From an uncultured Planctomycetia bacterium (GTDB lineage Bacteria > Omnitrophota > Gorgyraeia > 2-01-FULL-45-10): a DNA stretch of 64,000 bases. The stretch lies in assembly GCA_964352425.1 (NCBI GenBank), contig CAYGRZ010000004.1:2647-66646 (forward strand), read 5' to 3'. The notes below the pieces were generated by a model. That model was not told the origin of the DNA, made no database searches, and saw only the letters and a program-made list of their open reading frames with translations. Below, one piece after another: positions 8,700 to 19,127 of this stretch; within the stretch, counting starts at the first letter, position 1; each line of letters starts with the position of its first letter. The position numbers were made by a program, and so were the translations under genes.

Positions 8700-11600
8700 C
8701 GCACCTTTATGCCGGCAAGCGGGCTCTTATTGATATCCCGGCGCACGGCCTTTATCTTCAGGTCACCCCTCGGTTTGTCGAGGTCGGAAGGCAGATGGAG
8801 CTCGTTACCCGCCAGGGTTGCCCCCACCACGCCTTCCATCGCCTGGCGCAGCATCCACCCGGCGGCGCCGGTGTACCCGTGCCAGATCATGCGCCCCGGC
8901 TCGAAATTTGTCAGCATGTCGGCCGACTGCTTGTTCGGCTGCCCGCCGTAGATCTCCTGCTCCGGGCCCTTCACGTGCGGTATCGGCGAGATCTTGAGCC
9001 AGAGACGATAGGCTGTCGCACGGTACTCGTCCGCTTTCGCGCGGTCGCCCCGCCTCTCAAACTCTTCGGCAATAAGGCGGGCAGCCCTGACGAGCCACTG
9101 CACGCCGTGGCAGTACATGCCGTTCTCACGCACGCCTTCGGGATATTTGCTCGAGCGCCCGAGGTACGGCTTGGTATCCTCGCGCAGCGCCGGCCACCCG
9201 AGGAGGATCGCATTGTCCTTCTCGAGGATCTTGAGGGCCGTGTTAAATATGGTCAACCCCCGCTCGAAGTTGATGCCGCTGGTAACCGCCCATGAGGCGG
9301 TGAGCGCGTCTATCTCCCATATCCCGCTGCCCTTCATGCCGATCTCAGTTCCGTCGTCGTGGATCGCGCGCAGGTACCGGTCGCCCCTCCAGGTCTTTTC
9401 GAGCGCCTCCTCGAGGAGCTTCATCCTCTTCACATAATGTTCTTTGCGGGCCGCTCCGTCCTTCCGGCCGATACAATCGGCCATCCCTTTCAGGATGTAA
9501 TGAAGGAAAAACCCGAGCCATATGCTCTCGCCGCGGCCCTCGCTTCCGATCTCGTCGAGGCCGTCGTTCCAGTCTCCCATCTGTATAAGCGGAAGTCCGT
9601 GCTTTCCCATCCGGTCATTCAGGACAAGGTCGATCGAGCGCATGCAGTGCCGGTACACGGTGTCGGAGCGGGTCGTGCGGTGATAGAGGTGCCCCCACCC
9701 CTGCTTGTTCTTTGGGAGCTTCGCGAATGGGAACTCCGAGTACGCGTAAAAGGTCATCTCGTCAAGGATCGACCGGTCGCCCGTCATCCTGATGTACTCG
9801 GCGACGCCCCAGGCAAGCCATACGGGGTTATCGGAGGCATGCGTGCGGCAGGAAAACGCCATCCGGCCGTCAGTGAGGGTGAAGAACCAGTGAAAGACGT
9901 CGCCCTCGAGGAACTGCTGGGACGCGGCCAGTACGATATGCGTGCGCGCCAGCGCCGGGTCGACCCATATCAGGTTTATCGTATCCTGGAGCTGGTCGCG
10001 GAAGCCATAGGCGCCGCTCGTCTGGTAGAATCCGCGGCGCGCCCAAATACGCTCGGCGAGCGCCTGGTACTTAAGCCAGTTCTGGTACCGGTCGAACTCG
10101 GGCGAGCTCGTCTCGACCTTCACGGTCTCCATGAGGCCCAGCCACCATCTTCTGGTATCGGCGAGGCTCTTCTTGGCCGCTTCGATATCCTTATATTTCT
10201 TTATGATGCCGACGGCCTCTTTCATCCGGTCGGTCTGGCCGAGGATGATCGCCACCGAAGCTTGCCCGCGCGCGGGGACCTCCAGCGTCGCCAGAAATGC
10301 AGCCACCTGGCCGTCGTCGGTCAGCTGCGTGGCATCCGGGGAACCCATCTCGACCATGTACGGCCGCGCGACAGTGCGGCCGGTCCCGAAGAAACGCCCT
10401 CGCCGTATCTCGTGGGATTCCGACTGCACCGACATCGATACGAACGCAGGACCTGAACGGAAGATGTTGCGCGGGTTCTCGTAGAAGAGCGCGTCGAGCT
10501 TCTTATCATAGCGGGTGGGCAGCGGCCCCGACTTCTCGGGCATGAACCCGAGCACCATCTGGAAGTACGGCGCGACCCTCATCTTTCTCGGATGGTCGGC
10601 GCTATTCTTTATCGTCAGCAGGTACACCCCCGTCGGCTCGTCCGGCGGAACGAAGACGGCCAGTTCCGTCGAGATCGTCCCGTCCGTCATGCGGAAGACA
10701 GCACTGCCGTCGACCGAGAACGCGCACTCGTGCGCGGCACCCGGCTTATTCAGCGGGTGGTATGTCGGGGAGTACCATTCGTTGGTGTCCCGGTCATAGA
10801 GGTAGATCGCCTCGGACGGTATCTCGCGCGTCACCATATCGGCCCAGTCGGGCGTCAGGCGGTTCTGCTGCGAATTGCCGTTGCACGAGGTGTGTAAGCC
10901 CCGGTTCGTCACCATGACCGAATGTATGGCGTTGGAGACCGCGTGGTCGATCGGCCTGGGCGTGAACGGCGTCTTCACGACGAGCGTGTTGCCGTCCTTG
11001 GTAAAGTCCGAGTACGGCACCGGCGTCCCCAGGGGTATCTCGCCGTGGCCGATCAAGAGAGCCCTCTTCTTCTTTTCCGGCGGCGGCGTCTTCGGAACCT
11101 GAGCCTTGATATACTTTTTGGCGAGCTCAACAGCCTTCTCTTTGTTCTTGGCGTACCCGATTAAAAGCTGCATCGTCACGGATCCCTTCGCTCCCACTGC
11201 CGCGTTCAGCATGAGGCTGCCGATCGGATCGAAGGTCGGGTATTCGTCGGTGTCGCGCGGGCTTAAGAAATCGAGCGTCTCGAGGATGCGGGGCGACCAG
11301 ATGCTCCTGGCGCGGCCGATAAAATCGAAGCGTGACGTCGAGAACCCCTCCGGCGCGACATCGCTTGCGAGAACACCGGTCGACTTGGTGCTCTTCTGCG
11401 ACGAGACGATAGCGTTGACCGAGCTGTCATACCCCATCTCAGGATAGAGGCGCTGGTACTGCGTGTGGAACCTGTCGTGGAGGCCGCCATTCAGGACCCA
11501 CTCGAGATACGGTACGACTTTAAGCGCTCGCGGCTTGTCCGTCAGGTTCTCGATCTTTATCTTCCAGATCTCAGCGGTCGCGTCCTGGTCGGGCAGGCTG

Positions 11601-14600
11601 ATCTCGACGGTCGTCAGGATGCCGTTCGCGGAATTGATTACCTTGAGCGAGCCGTCGCACTGCTCGACGATCGAGGGGGCGAACTTCTCCGCCGGGCAAT
11701 TACCCACGACCGGCCAGAACCGCTTGGGGCTTGAGGCGCTCTGGGCCGTATCGACGACGAATATGATCCTGCCGCACGGATCGACCGTGTCATACGAGCG
11801 CCGCGTGATATCGCATTCCTTGCCGGTGAGCTCGCTGTAACCCGCGCCGTCTTCTCTCACGATCGTTTTGTATTCCCTGTTGCAAAGTTCGTAGCTCGCC
11901 AGGCGGCACTTGCGGTTTCTGAGGCTCAGGGTGCGAAGGATAAATGAGGCCGCGATACAGACGAGGAGAGCCACTATTATTAGGATGGCAACCTGGCCAG
12001 GCGACATCGCCTGCAGGGCCGGGACTATCCCCTTGCCCCTGGCGGCCTCCTGGATGGCCCCTGACGTTGTCCACGCGTAATCCCAATCCTTGCCGCGCGG
12101 CAGGTAAAAAGGTATGAGGAGCGGCGCCCATGTCGCGAAACGCTTGACGCCTTCGGGGATATATCGCTGTGCCGATGCCTTCCCTATAAAGCGGCCTATT
12201 CTTTCGTCGAGCCTGTCCATGCCGAGGAAGCTTAAGTTCACCAGTGTGGCGACTCTTAAGCCCATATGGTCCATCCATATGAGAACGCGGAACCAGTCGA
12301 AGGCCAGCACCCAGACAAAGACCTGGAGGCTCCACTGCCGGAATGCTTCCGGCGTCATCGCGAAATTATTAAAGATGCACGTGAAGGTGTGGATCATGCC
12401 GTCCTGGTTATACCAGGTCGGGTCCGGCATCATGCGCAGGAACGTGAAGATGATGGGCGACATCCAGAGGCCCCACCGGAGGACGTATATCATGTGCTCG
12501 ACCAGCTGCGCGAACCCCGCCTTCGAGAAGAAGAACTTGATAGGGGTCTTGTCTTTCTCAAAATACGCCTGCATGAAGACCTTGTTGATGGCAAAGAGCC
12601 ACGCGGCGATGGACCAGTTGATGACACCCGCCAGAGATTCAAGAAAAAGCAGCTTGGCTCCTCCGGTGCACTGCCCCAAATCCATGTGCCCCCATTTCAT
12701 AACCAAGGGCCACGTGTTATAAAAACCTTCCGAAGAAAAAGTCGCCGCATTGTACTGATTTAATCGAGCCGGTGCTAAAACGGTGCTTACATAAAGGTTG
12801 AACTTTTCCACGATCACCGGGACTTGTAGAGTATCCAGATAGAATGCCATGGCGCTTCCCAAAAATGCGCCCAGGCACGAATCGACGAAGTAGAGCCGCC
12901 ATGTCTGGATCTTGCCCTGGCGCTTCATTGCCCAGACGGCATCTCTTAGGAAGCTTACGCCGCCTGAGGACAGGACTCCTATAATAAGGCCGAAGAGGCA
13001 GCGGTGTCCCATCGGCCACTGAACCATACCCCTGGTCAGGGCGAAGGCAAATCCGAACCCGACGACCACTCCCCTGGCGTAGAGGCTCCCGTCACTGTAG
13101 CTATACTGCGCGCGTTCGAAGAACTTGAGGCTGCCGTCAAAGGTCTCGATTATGGTCTTGAGGAGCGGAAAGATTAGTGCGCCGCAGACGATGCCGATCA
13201 GTATCGGCATGCCGCCCATTATCTTCTGGGCCACGGGCCAGCTCACGATCATGTAGAGAGCGTACATAATCGCCACAAGGATGGCGCTGTAAGCCATACC
13301 CTTCTTCATGCCGGCGTTTACGTGCTTTGAGATCGTCTCAGCCGTAGGCGCGACGCTGTGGCCGCCGTCCAGGAGGCCGCCCGTTATGAGATAGACTTCC
13401 GCCCACAGGCCGCCGTATGAAAGCATCGTCGTTACTATCGCGGTGATTGCCCTCAAGCCGATCGGCAGTTTTGCGACGAAGGCAACCGAACCGAGGTTTG
13501 CGATGACCGGGGCAACGACGGCACCGAGCGAGACAAGAAATATCGAAAGGTGCGCCTTGGGGGCCTTGAGCAGCCTCGACTTCGTCACGAGGCCGATCCC
13601 GTTCATGACGATCTCGTTGAAGACGAACATGACGATGATCCTGCCGATGAATTCTGTTATGTGCGGCCACGCGGCGAGGAGCCCCGCGCTTATGGTGCCG
13701 CCCAACACTTTTAGGAGGCCGACGCTCTCCAGGAGCAGCAGCCAGTTGAAGATGTACGGCGCGGCAAAGATGAACGCGGCGCTTGCCGCTTTCAGGTGCC
13801 TGCCGGACGAGGCGATCGAGCGGGCATTGGCCGCATGATAGACGACGACGGTGATCGTCGCTACCCAGTTACTGAACATGAGAAGCTGCATCCACGAGGA
13901 CGGGGCCGCCAGGACGCCAAGCTTGCTCGAGGCGACCGCTAGTAACCCCGTGAAGAGAGTATTCTGGAAAGTCTCCGCCGGTGTCAGGTGCCTGCCGGTC
14001 AGCCCGCGCTTCAAAAGCTCTGCTATGGCTGCGCCCGCAAGCCCGGCTCCGAGAAAACCGAATGAGGTGGTGGCCTGCAGCGAGGGCGCAAAGCCCTGAG
14101 AATAAACGAAGAGAGCGACAGCTGCAATCAGCATGGCGACAATGCCGTAGAGGACGTCCCGTGCAAGCCTCGTGAGAAGCGTCGCCGGTGATGACGATAA
14201 TTTCGCTATTTCTCTCATGACCTCATTGCGCGTGCATACGACGCGGGGACGGAAGATCATGCCAAGGAGCGCAGCTATGAGCGCCAATAGCGCCGCGAGC
14301 GCCGCGGCCGCGGCTGCCTTTACGAAGATGATATTCTTCTGGAACAGCGACATCTTATAGAAGTTGAGGTCAAAATATATTATACCCTCGAGCTTCTTGG
14401 ACATATCCCGCGGGATGATGAGAATAACGACCTCCTTAAGCTCACCTATCCTGTTCCAGTCAACCGGTTCCCGGATATAGTTCCAGCCTGTGCTGACGGG
14501 AAGCGAGACGACCTGCGCGGAAGGCCTGTCCCCCTTGACCTCCAGCCTTATCGAGATCTGGCCCAGCTGTTCCGGGGTCGAGACCCTGGCAGCGGCCATG

Positions 14601-14938
14601 AAAGCGTCCACAACGTCAGCCTTGAATTTCGGCGGATACTTCTTTATTACGGGGCCGATGAGCCCTCCCGGCAATATCGTGTAGTCGAATTTTATGACAT
14701 CTTTCTTGAGGGATCCGTCAGCCTCGGAGGTCACGTCGCCCATGGCCGGGCCCTCATTGTACATGACCTTCTCTTCGGCTTCCAGGATGCTGAACCCCGT
14801 CGGATCGTTCACGATCGTGGCGCGCTCATCGGCACACTCGGCGATAGACGCCGAGGCAGCCGCCAGAACCGCCAGGGCCGCCATGATGCGAAGACCTCTC
14901 CGGAACATTCTTCCTCCCCACATGTTATCATGTGCCAT
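8696..14938 (-). CDS. 2080-aa fusion protein: signal peptide, periplasmic CBM-like domain, about 800-aa polytopic membrane region and a cytoplasmic GH94-family glycoside phosphorylase-like module (cellobiose phosphorylase / Cgs-NdvB C-terminal type).
   Basis: GH94 hallmarks appear in the last ~1050 aa: tandem N-terminal beta-sandwich domains, then an (alpha/alpha)6 region with GFRDQLQD, QMGDWNDGLDE and VRENGMYCHGVQW. No GT-A (DxD) glycosyltransferase domain is recognisable in the membrane part. It has a strong SD (AAAGAGGAG) and a 1-nt stop/start overlap (TGATG) with the downstream GH144-like gene. Confidence 0.6.
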   Translation of the reverse strand: MAHDNMWGGRMFRRGLRIMAALAVLAAASASIAECADERATIVNDPTGFSILEAEEKVMYNEGPAMGDVTSEADGSLKKDVIKFDYTILPGGLIGPVIKKYPPKFKADVVDAFMAAARVSTPEQLGQISIRLEVKGDRPSAQVVSLPVSTGWNYIREPVDWNRIGELKEVVILIIPRDMSKKLEGIIYFDLNFYKMSLFQKNIIFVKAAAAAALAALLALIAALLGMIFRPRVVCTRNEVMREIAKLSSSPATLLTRLARDVLYGIVAMLIAAVALFVYSQGFAPSLQATTSFGFLGAGLAGAAIAELLKRGLTGRHLTPAETFQNTLFTGLLAVASSKLGVLAAPSSWMQLLMFSNWVATITVVVYHAANARSIASSGRHLKAASAAFIFAAPYIFNWLLLLESVGLLKVLGGTISAGLLAAWPHITEFIGRIIVMFVFNEIVMNGIGLVTKSRLLKAPKAHLSIFLVSLGAVVAPVIANLGSVAFVAKLPIGLRAITAIVTTMLSYGGLWAEVYLITGGLLDGGHSVAPTAETISKHVNAGMKKGMAYSAILVAIMYALYMIVSWPVAQKIMGGMPILIGIVCGALIFPLLKTIIETFDGSLKFFERAQYSYSDGSLYARGVVVGFGFAFALTRGMVQWPMGHRCLFGLIIGVLSSGGVSFLRDAVWAMKRQGKIQTWRLYFVDSCLGAFLGSAMAFYLDTLQVPVIVEKFNLYVSTVLAPARLNQYNAATFSSEGFYNTWPLVMKWGHMDLGQCTGGAKLLFLESLAGVINWSIAAWLFAINKVFMQAYFEKDKTPIKFFFSKAGFAQLVEHMIYVLRWGLWMSPIIFTFLRMMPDPTWYNQDGMIHTFTCIFNNFAMTPEAFRQWSLQVFVWVLAFDWFRVLIWMDHMGLRVATLVNLSFLGMDRLDERIGRFIGKASAQRYIPEGVKRFATWAPLLIPFYLPRGKDWDYAWTTSGAIQEAARGKGIVPALQAMSPGQVAILIIVALLVCIAASFILRTLSLRNRKCRLASYELCNREYKTIVREDGAGYSELTGKECDITRRSYDTVDPCGRIIFVVDTAQSASSPKRFWPVVGNCPAEKFAPSIVEQCDGSLKVINSANGILTTVEISLPDQDATAEIWKIKIENLTDKPRALKVVPYLEWVLNGGLHDRFHTQYQRLYPEMGYDSSVNAIVSSQKSTKSTGVLASDVAPEGFSTSRFDFIGRARSIWSPRILETLDFLSPRDTDEYPTFDPIGSLMLNAAVGAKGSVTMQLLIGYAKNKEKAVELAKKYIKAQVPKTPPPEKKKRALLIGHGEIPLGTPVPYSDFTKDGNTLVVKTPFTPRPIDHAVSNAIHSVMVTNRGLHTSCNGNSQQNRLTPDWADMVTREIPSEAIYLYDRDTNEWYSPTYHPLNKPGAAHECAFSVDGSAVFRMTDGTISTELAVFVPPDEPTGVYLLTIKNSADHPRKMRVAPYFQMVLGFMPEKSGPLPTRYDKKLDALFYENPRNIFRSGPAFVSMSVQSESHEIRRGRFFGTGRTVARPYMVEMGSPDATQLTDDGQVAAFLATLEVPARGQASVAIILGQTDRMKEAVGIIKKYKDIEAAKKSLADTRRWWLGLMETVKVETSSPEFDRYQNWLKYQALAERIWARRGFYQTSGAYGFRDQLQDTINLIWVDPALARTHIVLAASQQFLEGDVFHWFFTLTDGRMAFSCRTHASDNPVWLAWGVAEYIRMTGDRSILDEMTFYAYSEFPFAKLPKNKQGWGHLYHRTTRSDTVYRHCMRSIDLVLNDRMGKHGLPLIQMGDWNDGLDEIGSEGRGESIWLGFFLHYILKGMADCIGRKDGAARKEHYVKRMKLLEEALEKTWRGDRYLRAIHDDGTEIGMKGSGIWEIDALTASWAVTSGINFERGLTIFNTALKILEKDNAILLGWPALREDTKPYLGRSSKYPEGVRENGMYCHGVQWLVRAARLIAEEFERRGDRAKADEYRATAYRLWLKISPIPHVKGPEQEIYGGQPNKQSADMLTNFEPGRMIWHGYTGAAGWMLRQAMEGVVGATLAGNELHLPSDLDKPRGDLKIKAVRRDINKSPLAGIKVR
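8699..11851 (-). other. GH94-like phosphorylase module (residues ~1030-2080).
   Basis: See the parent CDS. DWNDG and ENG-Y-H motifs lie in the (alpha/alpha)6 barrel. Confidence 0.6.
11939..14326 (-). other. Polytopic membrane region (about 15 predicted hydrophobic helices, residues ~205-1000) of the GH94 fusion protein. Its function is unknown.
   Basis: Repeated 18-25-residue hydrophobic stretches with short loops. I did not recognise any enzyme motif. Confidence 0.5.
14354..14830 (-). other. CBM-like beta-sandwich domain (paralog 3) at the periplasmic N-terminus of the GH94 fusion protein.
   Basis: Residues ~37-195 end in KLEGIIYFDLNFY, matching the shared C-terminal block of the other four copies. 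Confidence 0.45.
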
Positions 14939-14987
14939 GGTGAATGATACTCCTCTTTATGCTTCGACAGTGCTTGGTATAAATCTA

Positions 14988-16817
14988 TTATTTAACGACC
15001 ACGACCAGCGTCAGGTCCTTCGCCGCGTCTTTCCTTAAACCCTTATCCGGCGTGCGCACGAGCCCAAAATCATCCAGCTTCGCGGATATCTTGTAGGTTC
15101 CCGGCTCGGACGGCGCCTTCCAGGACTTGGACGGTGATTCCTTGTCGTCGGCGAAACTGCCGTTCTCAGAGGCCCAGTGCAGGACGAGCAGATCCGGCTC
15201 CGTCTCTTCCCTCAGCTCCTTCGGCAGGCGCGAGAGGTCCTCCTTGTCGAGTTGGTACTCATTGAACCGGTCTTTATCGTCCAGCCCCTCAAGGGCGACC
15301 TGTATCTGCGTGCCGGGGCCGACTTCGACCTGCAGCGAACCGTCGCCGGCAGTCGTCGTCTCGAGCTTCTGGCCGCCGGCCGTCGGAACGATCGCGCCGT
15401 TCGTCGGCATGTGAGGATCCCACACTTTGTACGAATCGCTGATGTCGCTGCCGAACTTGGGCGCGGCCTTCTGCTCCCGTATCTGCTTGATATCGTCGAG
15501 GATCGTCTGCGCCGCGAAGGAATACATGCTCGTCGGATCGACCTTCTGCAGCTTCTCGACAGCCGTCTCGTAATTCTTGGCTCTGTAATAGAGGAGTCCT
15601 ATCAGGACCTGGGCGAAATCGCCGGTGTTCTTCCTGTAATAGTTGTCGACGAGGCGCTGCAGCCCCTCTATCGCCTGCACCCTCGGCAGCTGCTCATAAT
15701 AGAGCTTCGCGAGCATCTCGAATGCCTTGTCGAACCAGACGCTGTTCTGATACTTTGTCAGGAAGCCTTCGAGCGCATCCTGGGCCTTCACGTAATCCTT
15801 CTCCAGGTTGTAGCACATCGCTATCTTGTAACTGCAGTAGTCGACGACCTTCGACTCGCCGTAGCTGGCGCAGTAGGCCTCATAATACCGCCTGGCCTCT
15901 TTATGCTTGCCCGCGGCGAAATACTTCTCGGCGATCTCCATCACCTTCGTCGCCATCTCTTCTTTCTCGAAATACGCGGGCGCGGAGGCCGCATACTGCT
16001 CATACAGGTACGTGGCGTTCTTCAGGTCGTGATTGGCAAAGCGGCCGTCGGCCGCCTTCTTTATTTCGTCGAGGACGCCGCGCGCGGTCGCCCTGTCAGC
16101 CTTTGCGGCAAAGATGATCTTCAGCTTCGTGCCGTATTGCACCAGCCCCATACGGTCCAGCTCGCCGCATACCCTGGCAAGCTCCCGCAGGTTCGCCCGG
16201 GGGTCGCTGCTGTACCGGGCTATCGCGGCCGCTATCCCGTCGAGTATCGCGTCCGACTTCTCCGACTGGAACTTCTCTTTGAAGACGAGGAACTTCAGCA
16301 GGTTCACGTCGATGATAAGGCTTTTCGACGCGGTCGCGGCCGCCCGATCCAGGTAGTGAAGCGCTTCGCTGTAATAACGGTCGTTCACCGACATGTAGAG
16401 CCGTCCGGCCTCCAGGTCGTTAGATTTTGAAAGGCAGAGCAGCTGCTCGATCCTGATCCTGCCCAGGCCATAATAGAGGACGTCCTTATTTTCTGCCGAG
16501 GCGTCCTGGGCCATGCTCTTCAGGTCGGAGGCGAGTTTTTCGTAATCGTCGTACGTCCTGCATTCCGAGCATGTCTCCTTGATCACGCCGAGCGCCGACT
16601 CCCCGTCCTTCGCCGCCAGGAGCCTCAACATGATATCGTTAAAGTCCAGCGTGTAGTTCGGCGCGTGGCCTGCGGCCGCATTTTCGGTTGCGGCGCTCCC
16701 GCCGCCGGCCGGCGAGGGGCCCTCGTCCTGCGTTGCTCGGGCCGCGCACCGGGTGTGCGCACACAGCGCAAAAATAATCACGGATACAGCAAGGTCTATC
16801 TTTCTCATCACGGTCAC
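14988..16817 (-). CDS. Secreted TPR-like repeat protein (609 aa) with a C-terminal beta-rich domain.
   Basis: Signal-peptide-like N-terminus. Helical-repeat segments such as AKLYYEQ and IGLLYYRAKNYETAVEKLQK. ATGA-type 4-nt overlap with the upstream gene. Confidence 0.45.
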   Translation of the reverse strand: MTVMRKIDLAVSVIIFALCAHTRCAARATQDEGPSPAGGGSAATENAAAGHAPNYTLDFNDIMLRLLAAKDGESALGVIKETCSECRTYDDYEKLASDLKSMAQDASAENKDVLYYGLGRIRIEQLLCLSKSNDLEAGRLYMSVNDRYYSEALHYLDRAAATASKSLIIDVNLLKFLVFKEKFQSEKSDAILDGIAAAIARYSSDPRANLRELARVCGELDRMGLVQYGTKLKIIFAAKADRATARGVLDEIKKAADGRFANHDLKNATYLYEQYAASAPAYFEKEEMATKVMEIAEKYFAAGKHKEARRYYEAYCASYGESKVVDYCSYKIAMCYNLEKDYVKAQDALEGFLTKYQNSVWFDKAFEMLAKLYYEQLPRVQAIEGLQRLVDNYYRKNTGDFAQVLIGLLYYRAKNYETAVEKLQKVDPTSMYSFAAQTILDDIKQIREQKAAPKFGSDISDSYKVWDPHMPTNGAIVPTAGGQKLETTTAGDGSLQVEVGPGTQIQVALEGLDDKDRFNEYQLDKEDLSRLPKELREETEPDLLVLHWASENGSFADDKESPSKSWKAPSEPGTYKISAKLDDFGLVRTPDKGLRKDAAKDLTLVVVVK

Positions 16818-19105
16818 CTCTTCTTTACGTTGGTAAAGCCCGCTTTCACAAGCGCTTCCTTTACATATGTGTTCTTCATGAAGTTCTTCCAGACGAACCC
16901 CGTCCGGAAGTTCTCTACCGGTATCAGGAACATCCCCACCCCTATGCCGTAGTAGGTCGGGGCGTACCAGTTCAGGTCGAGGTTATATGAGTCCTTGAGG
17001 CCGTACTGCCCCCAGAGGTTCGGATAGGTCACGTACATATATTTCAGCGCGGATATCGATAAGTACGGAGCGAAGACGATGGAGCCCGCGGGCCCCGTCG
17101 GCGAGATGGTGCCGTCGTACTGCGGCTCGCCGTTGCCCGCCGGCGGCGGCCCGAAATGCATGACATAGCCGCCCGGCCTCGCCATCGATGTGATGCCCCA
17201 GCTGTTCGGCCCGTATCCCTTGAACTTGTCGGCGTTATCGATGCAGAACTGCCGGTTGGCCAGCGTCGCGTTGGTGGAGTTCTCGAACCAGTTGACGCCC
17301 TTCCTGTCGGTCATGCCGCGGAAGTCGAACCAGAGGTTGGCATACTGGTAGGAGAAGAGCGCCCCGTGCCAGCTGTAGATGAAGCTCTTTCCGTTCTCGT
17401 AAGCGCCGGACTGCCGTGTCCACGCGTAAAAGGAGTCGGGGGTGACCGGGTGCGTCGGCGAGCCTATCGCCAGCAGCGATATCAGGATGACTTCGTCGGT
17501 GTAGTAGTCCCAGTATGAACCGAGGAAGCCCCGTTCGGGCGACCACCCCATCGAGAAGGTGTTGAGGTACGGCCCCGCGTCCTTCGAGAGGAATTTTTCC
17601 CACTCCACCCTCATGTATATCGCCTCCGCCCTCGTCTGCACGTCGCCGCCGAAATATTCACCGGCCGCCAGCGCCCCGGCGACGAGGATCGCGGTGTCGA
17701 CGGTAGATATCTCCGCCTTGCCGGCGCGGCGCGCCGTGTGCCTGTTCAGGAAATGATAAAAAAATCCGTATCTGCCTTCCGCGAGGCTCTCCTCGGCGCC
17801 CGGCAGGGGCAGGAAGGTGTCCAGCGTCATCAGGACCCTCTGCCTCGCCTCATCCTTATCGATCCATTTCCTCTCGGCGCCTATGCACAGCGCCGCGAGC
17901 CCCAGCCCCGTCGCCGCGATCGACGCGTCGCCGCCCCCGGAGGTATCGGCAAAGAGGCCCGTCTTCGGGTCCTGGTGGTCCCTGAAGAATTCGAACGCCT
18001 TCCTTTCGATGAGGTTAAGGAATTCGTCATCGGTGATCGATTCGACGCCGCACTCTATCAGCGCACCGGTCGGTTTCTCATTACCCCGTATGTCGGCGGC
18101 GAGGGCCCGCACCTGGTAGGTGTGAAGCTGCCTGACCGTATCCGGGGCCCAATCTATCTTGAAAACCCTCTTGTTGACATTGTAATCGGTGCCTATGGTC
18201 CGCCACGTGGCGCCCGTATCGGTGGAATATTCGAACCTGACGCTCTCGAGAAAATGGTTGTCGCGTATGCCGTCCGAGCGTATCTCGAGCTGGTTGGCGC
18301 CCTTGAAGACGGGGCACTGGGCCCCGGGCGCGCCGTTGACCTTAAAGCTGTTCGGGTCGGGCGCCTTTACGGGCTTGACATCCTCGTCTTTGGCGAACAA
18401 TACCTCATCCGGCCTGTAACCGAAGATCATCTCATCGACGTACACGACCCCTTTCTTGTTGCCCGCCTTGTTCTCGAAGACGAAGACCAGCTCCAGCAGT
18501 TTCGACCGGTCGGAGATCTTCGCAAAGGCCTTCAGCGGTATCGTCACCTTCCTCCAGTCCTGCCCCATGATCCCGCCTTTTATATAGGCGTTCATGTATA
18601 CATAAGTCGTGATGTCCCTGCCATACGTGAAGGCGCCGTCGCCGTCCGTATCCTCGTGCAGCTCGACCTTTATATTGCCGCCCTCCTCGAGGCCCCGCAC
18701 CCAGAACGAAAGGTAACTGTACTCCGTCAGGTCCAGCGTCTCGGTCGCGCCGGGCTTGCCCGTGACCTCTTTGCCGAGCTTTATCCAGTAGTAGGTGAAC
18801 TCGCCCGGGTTCTGCACATCGTAGTCGAGCCTTACCGCGTAGCCCGTATTGCCCAGCACGCAGCCGTCATCGTGCTCGACAGCCACAGAGAGCGTGCCCG
18901 GCCTGTTGTCGTCGCCGCCCGACATGCCGCCGAGTTCGGTGAACGCGGTGCCGTTCGAATAATCGGCCAGGAGAAGCGGTTTTACGAATTTTATCGGGAA
19001 GCGCTGTTCCTGCGCCAGAGAGTGCGTATGTAAAAAGAGGGTAAAAAGTGCGGGGACAAAAGCTGACAATGCAAGTTTTCGAAACGCGCCGTTCCAGGCT
19101 CCCAT
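16814..19105 (-). CDS. Secreted CBM-like plus GH144/DUF3131-like (alpha/alpha)6 hydrolase (paralog 2). Start corrected to ATG at 19105.
   Basis: The track ORF extends to 19330. However, the signal peptide (MGAWNGAFRKLALSAFVPALFTLFLHT) begins at the ATG at 19105, which has a GAGGA SD. The CBM block is KGVVYVDEMIF. The C-terminal region (GLFADTSGGGDASIAATGLGLAALCIG...FFYHFLNRHT...VDTAILVAGALAAGEYF) is paralogous to 25089..26366. Confidence 0.55.
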   Translation of the reverse strand: MGAWNGAFRKLALSAFVPALFTLFLHTHSLAQEQRFPIKFVKPLLLADYSNGTAFTELGGMSGGDDNRPGTLSVAVEHDDGCVLGNTGYAVRLDYDVQNPGEFTYYWIKLGKEVTGKPGATETLDLTEYSYLSFWVRGLEEGGNIKVELHEDTDGDGAFTYGRDITTYVYMNAYIKGGIMGQDWRKVTIPLKAFAKISDRSKLLELVFVFENKAGNKKGVVYVDEMIFGYRPDEVLFAKDEDVKPVKAPDPNSFKVNGAPGAQCPVFKGANQLEIRSDGIRDNHFLESVRFEYSTDTGATWRTIGTDYNVNKRVFKIDWAPDTVRQLHTYQVRALAADIRGNEKPTGALIECGVESITDDEFLNLIERKAFEFFRDHQDPKTGLFADTSGGGDASIAATGLGLAALCIGAERKWIDKDEARQRVLMTLDTFLPLPGAEESLAEGRYGFFYHFLNRHTARRAGKAEISTVDTAILVAGALAAGEYFGGDVQTRAEAIYMRVEWEKFLSKDAGPYLNTFSMGWSPERGFLGSYWDYYTDEVILISLLAIGSPTHPVTPDSFYAWTRQSGAYENGKSFIYSWHGALFSYQYANLWFDFRGMTDRKGVNWFENSTNATLANRQFCIDNADKFKGYGPNSWGITSMARPGGYVMHFGPPPAGNGEPQYDGTISPTGPAGSIVFAPYLSISALKYMYVTYPNLWGQYGLKDSYNLDLNWYAPTYYGIGVGMFLIPVENFRTGFVWKNFMKNTYVKEALVKAGFTNVKKR

Positions 19106-19127
19106 GGCAAGGCTTCCTCTACATAAA

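Noticed and set aside
17738-19033. 431-aa plus-strand ORF.
   Set aside because: Antisense shadow of the CBM/GH144-like gene 16814..19105. It is rich in Arg/Pro/Gly/Leu with no domain signature.
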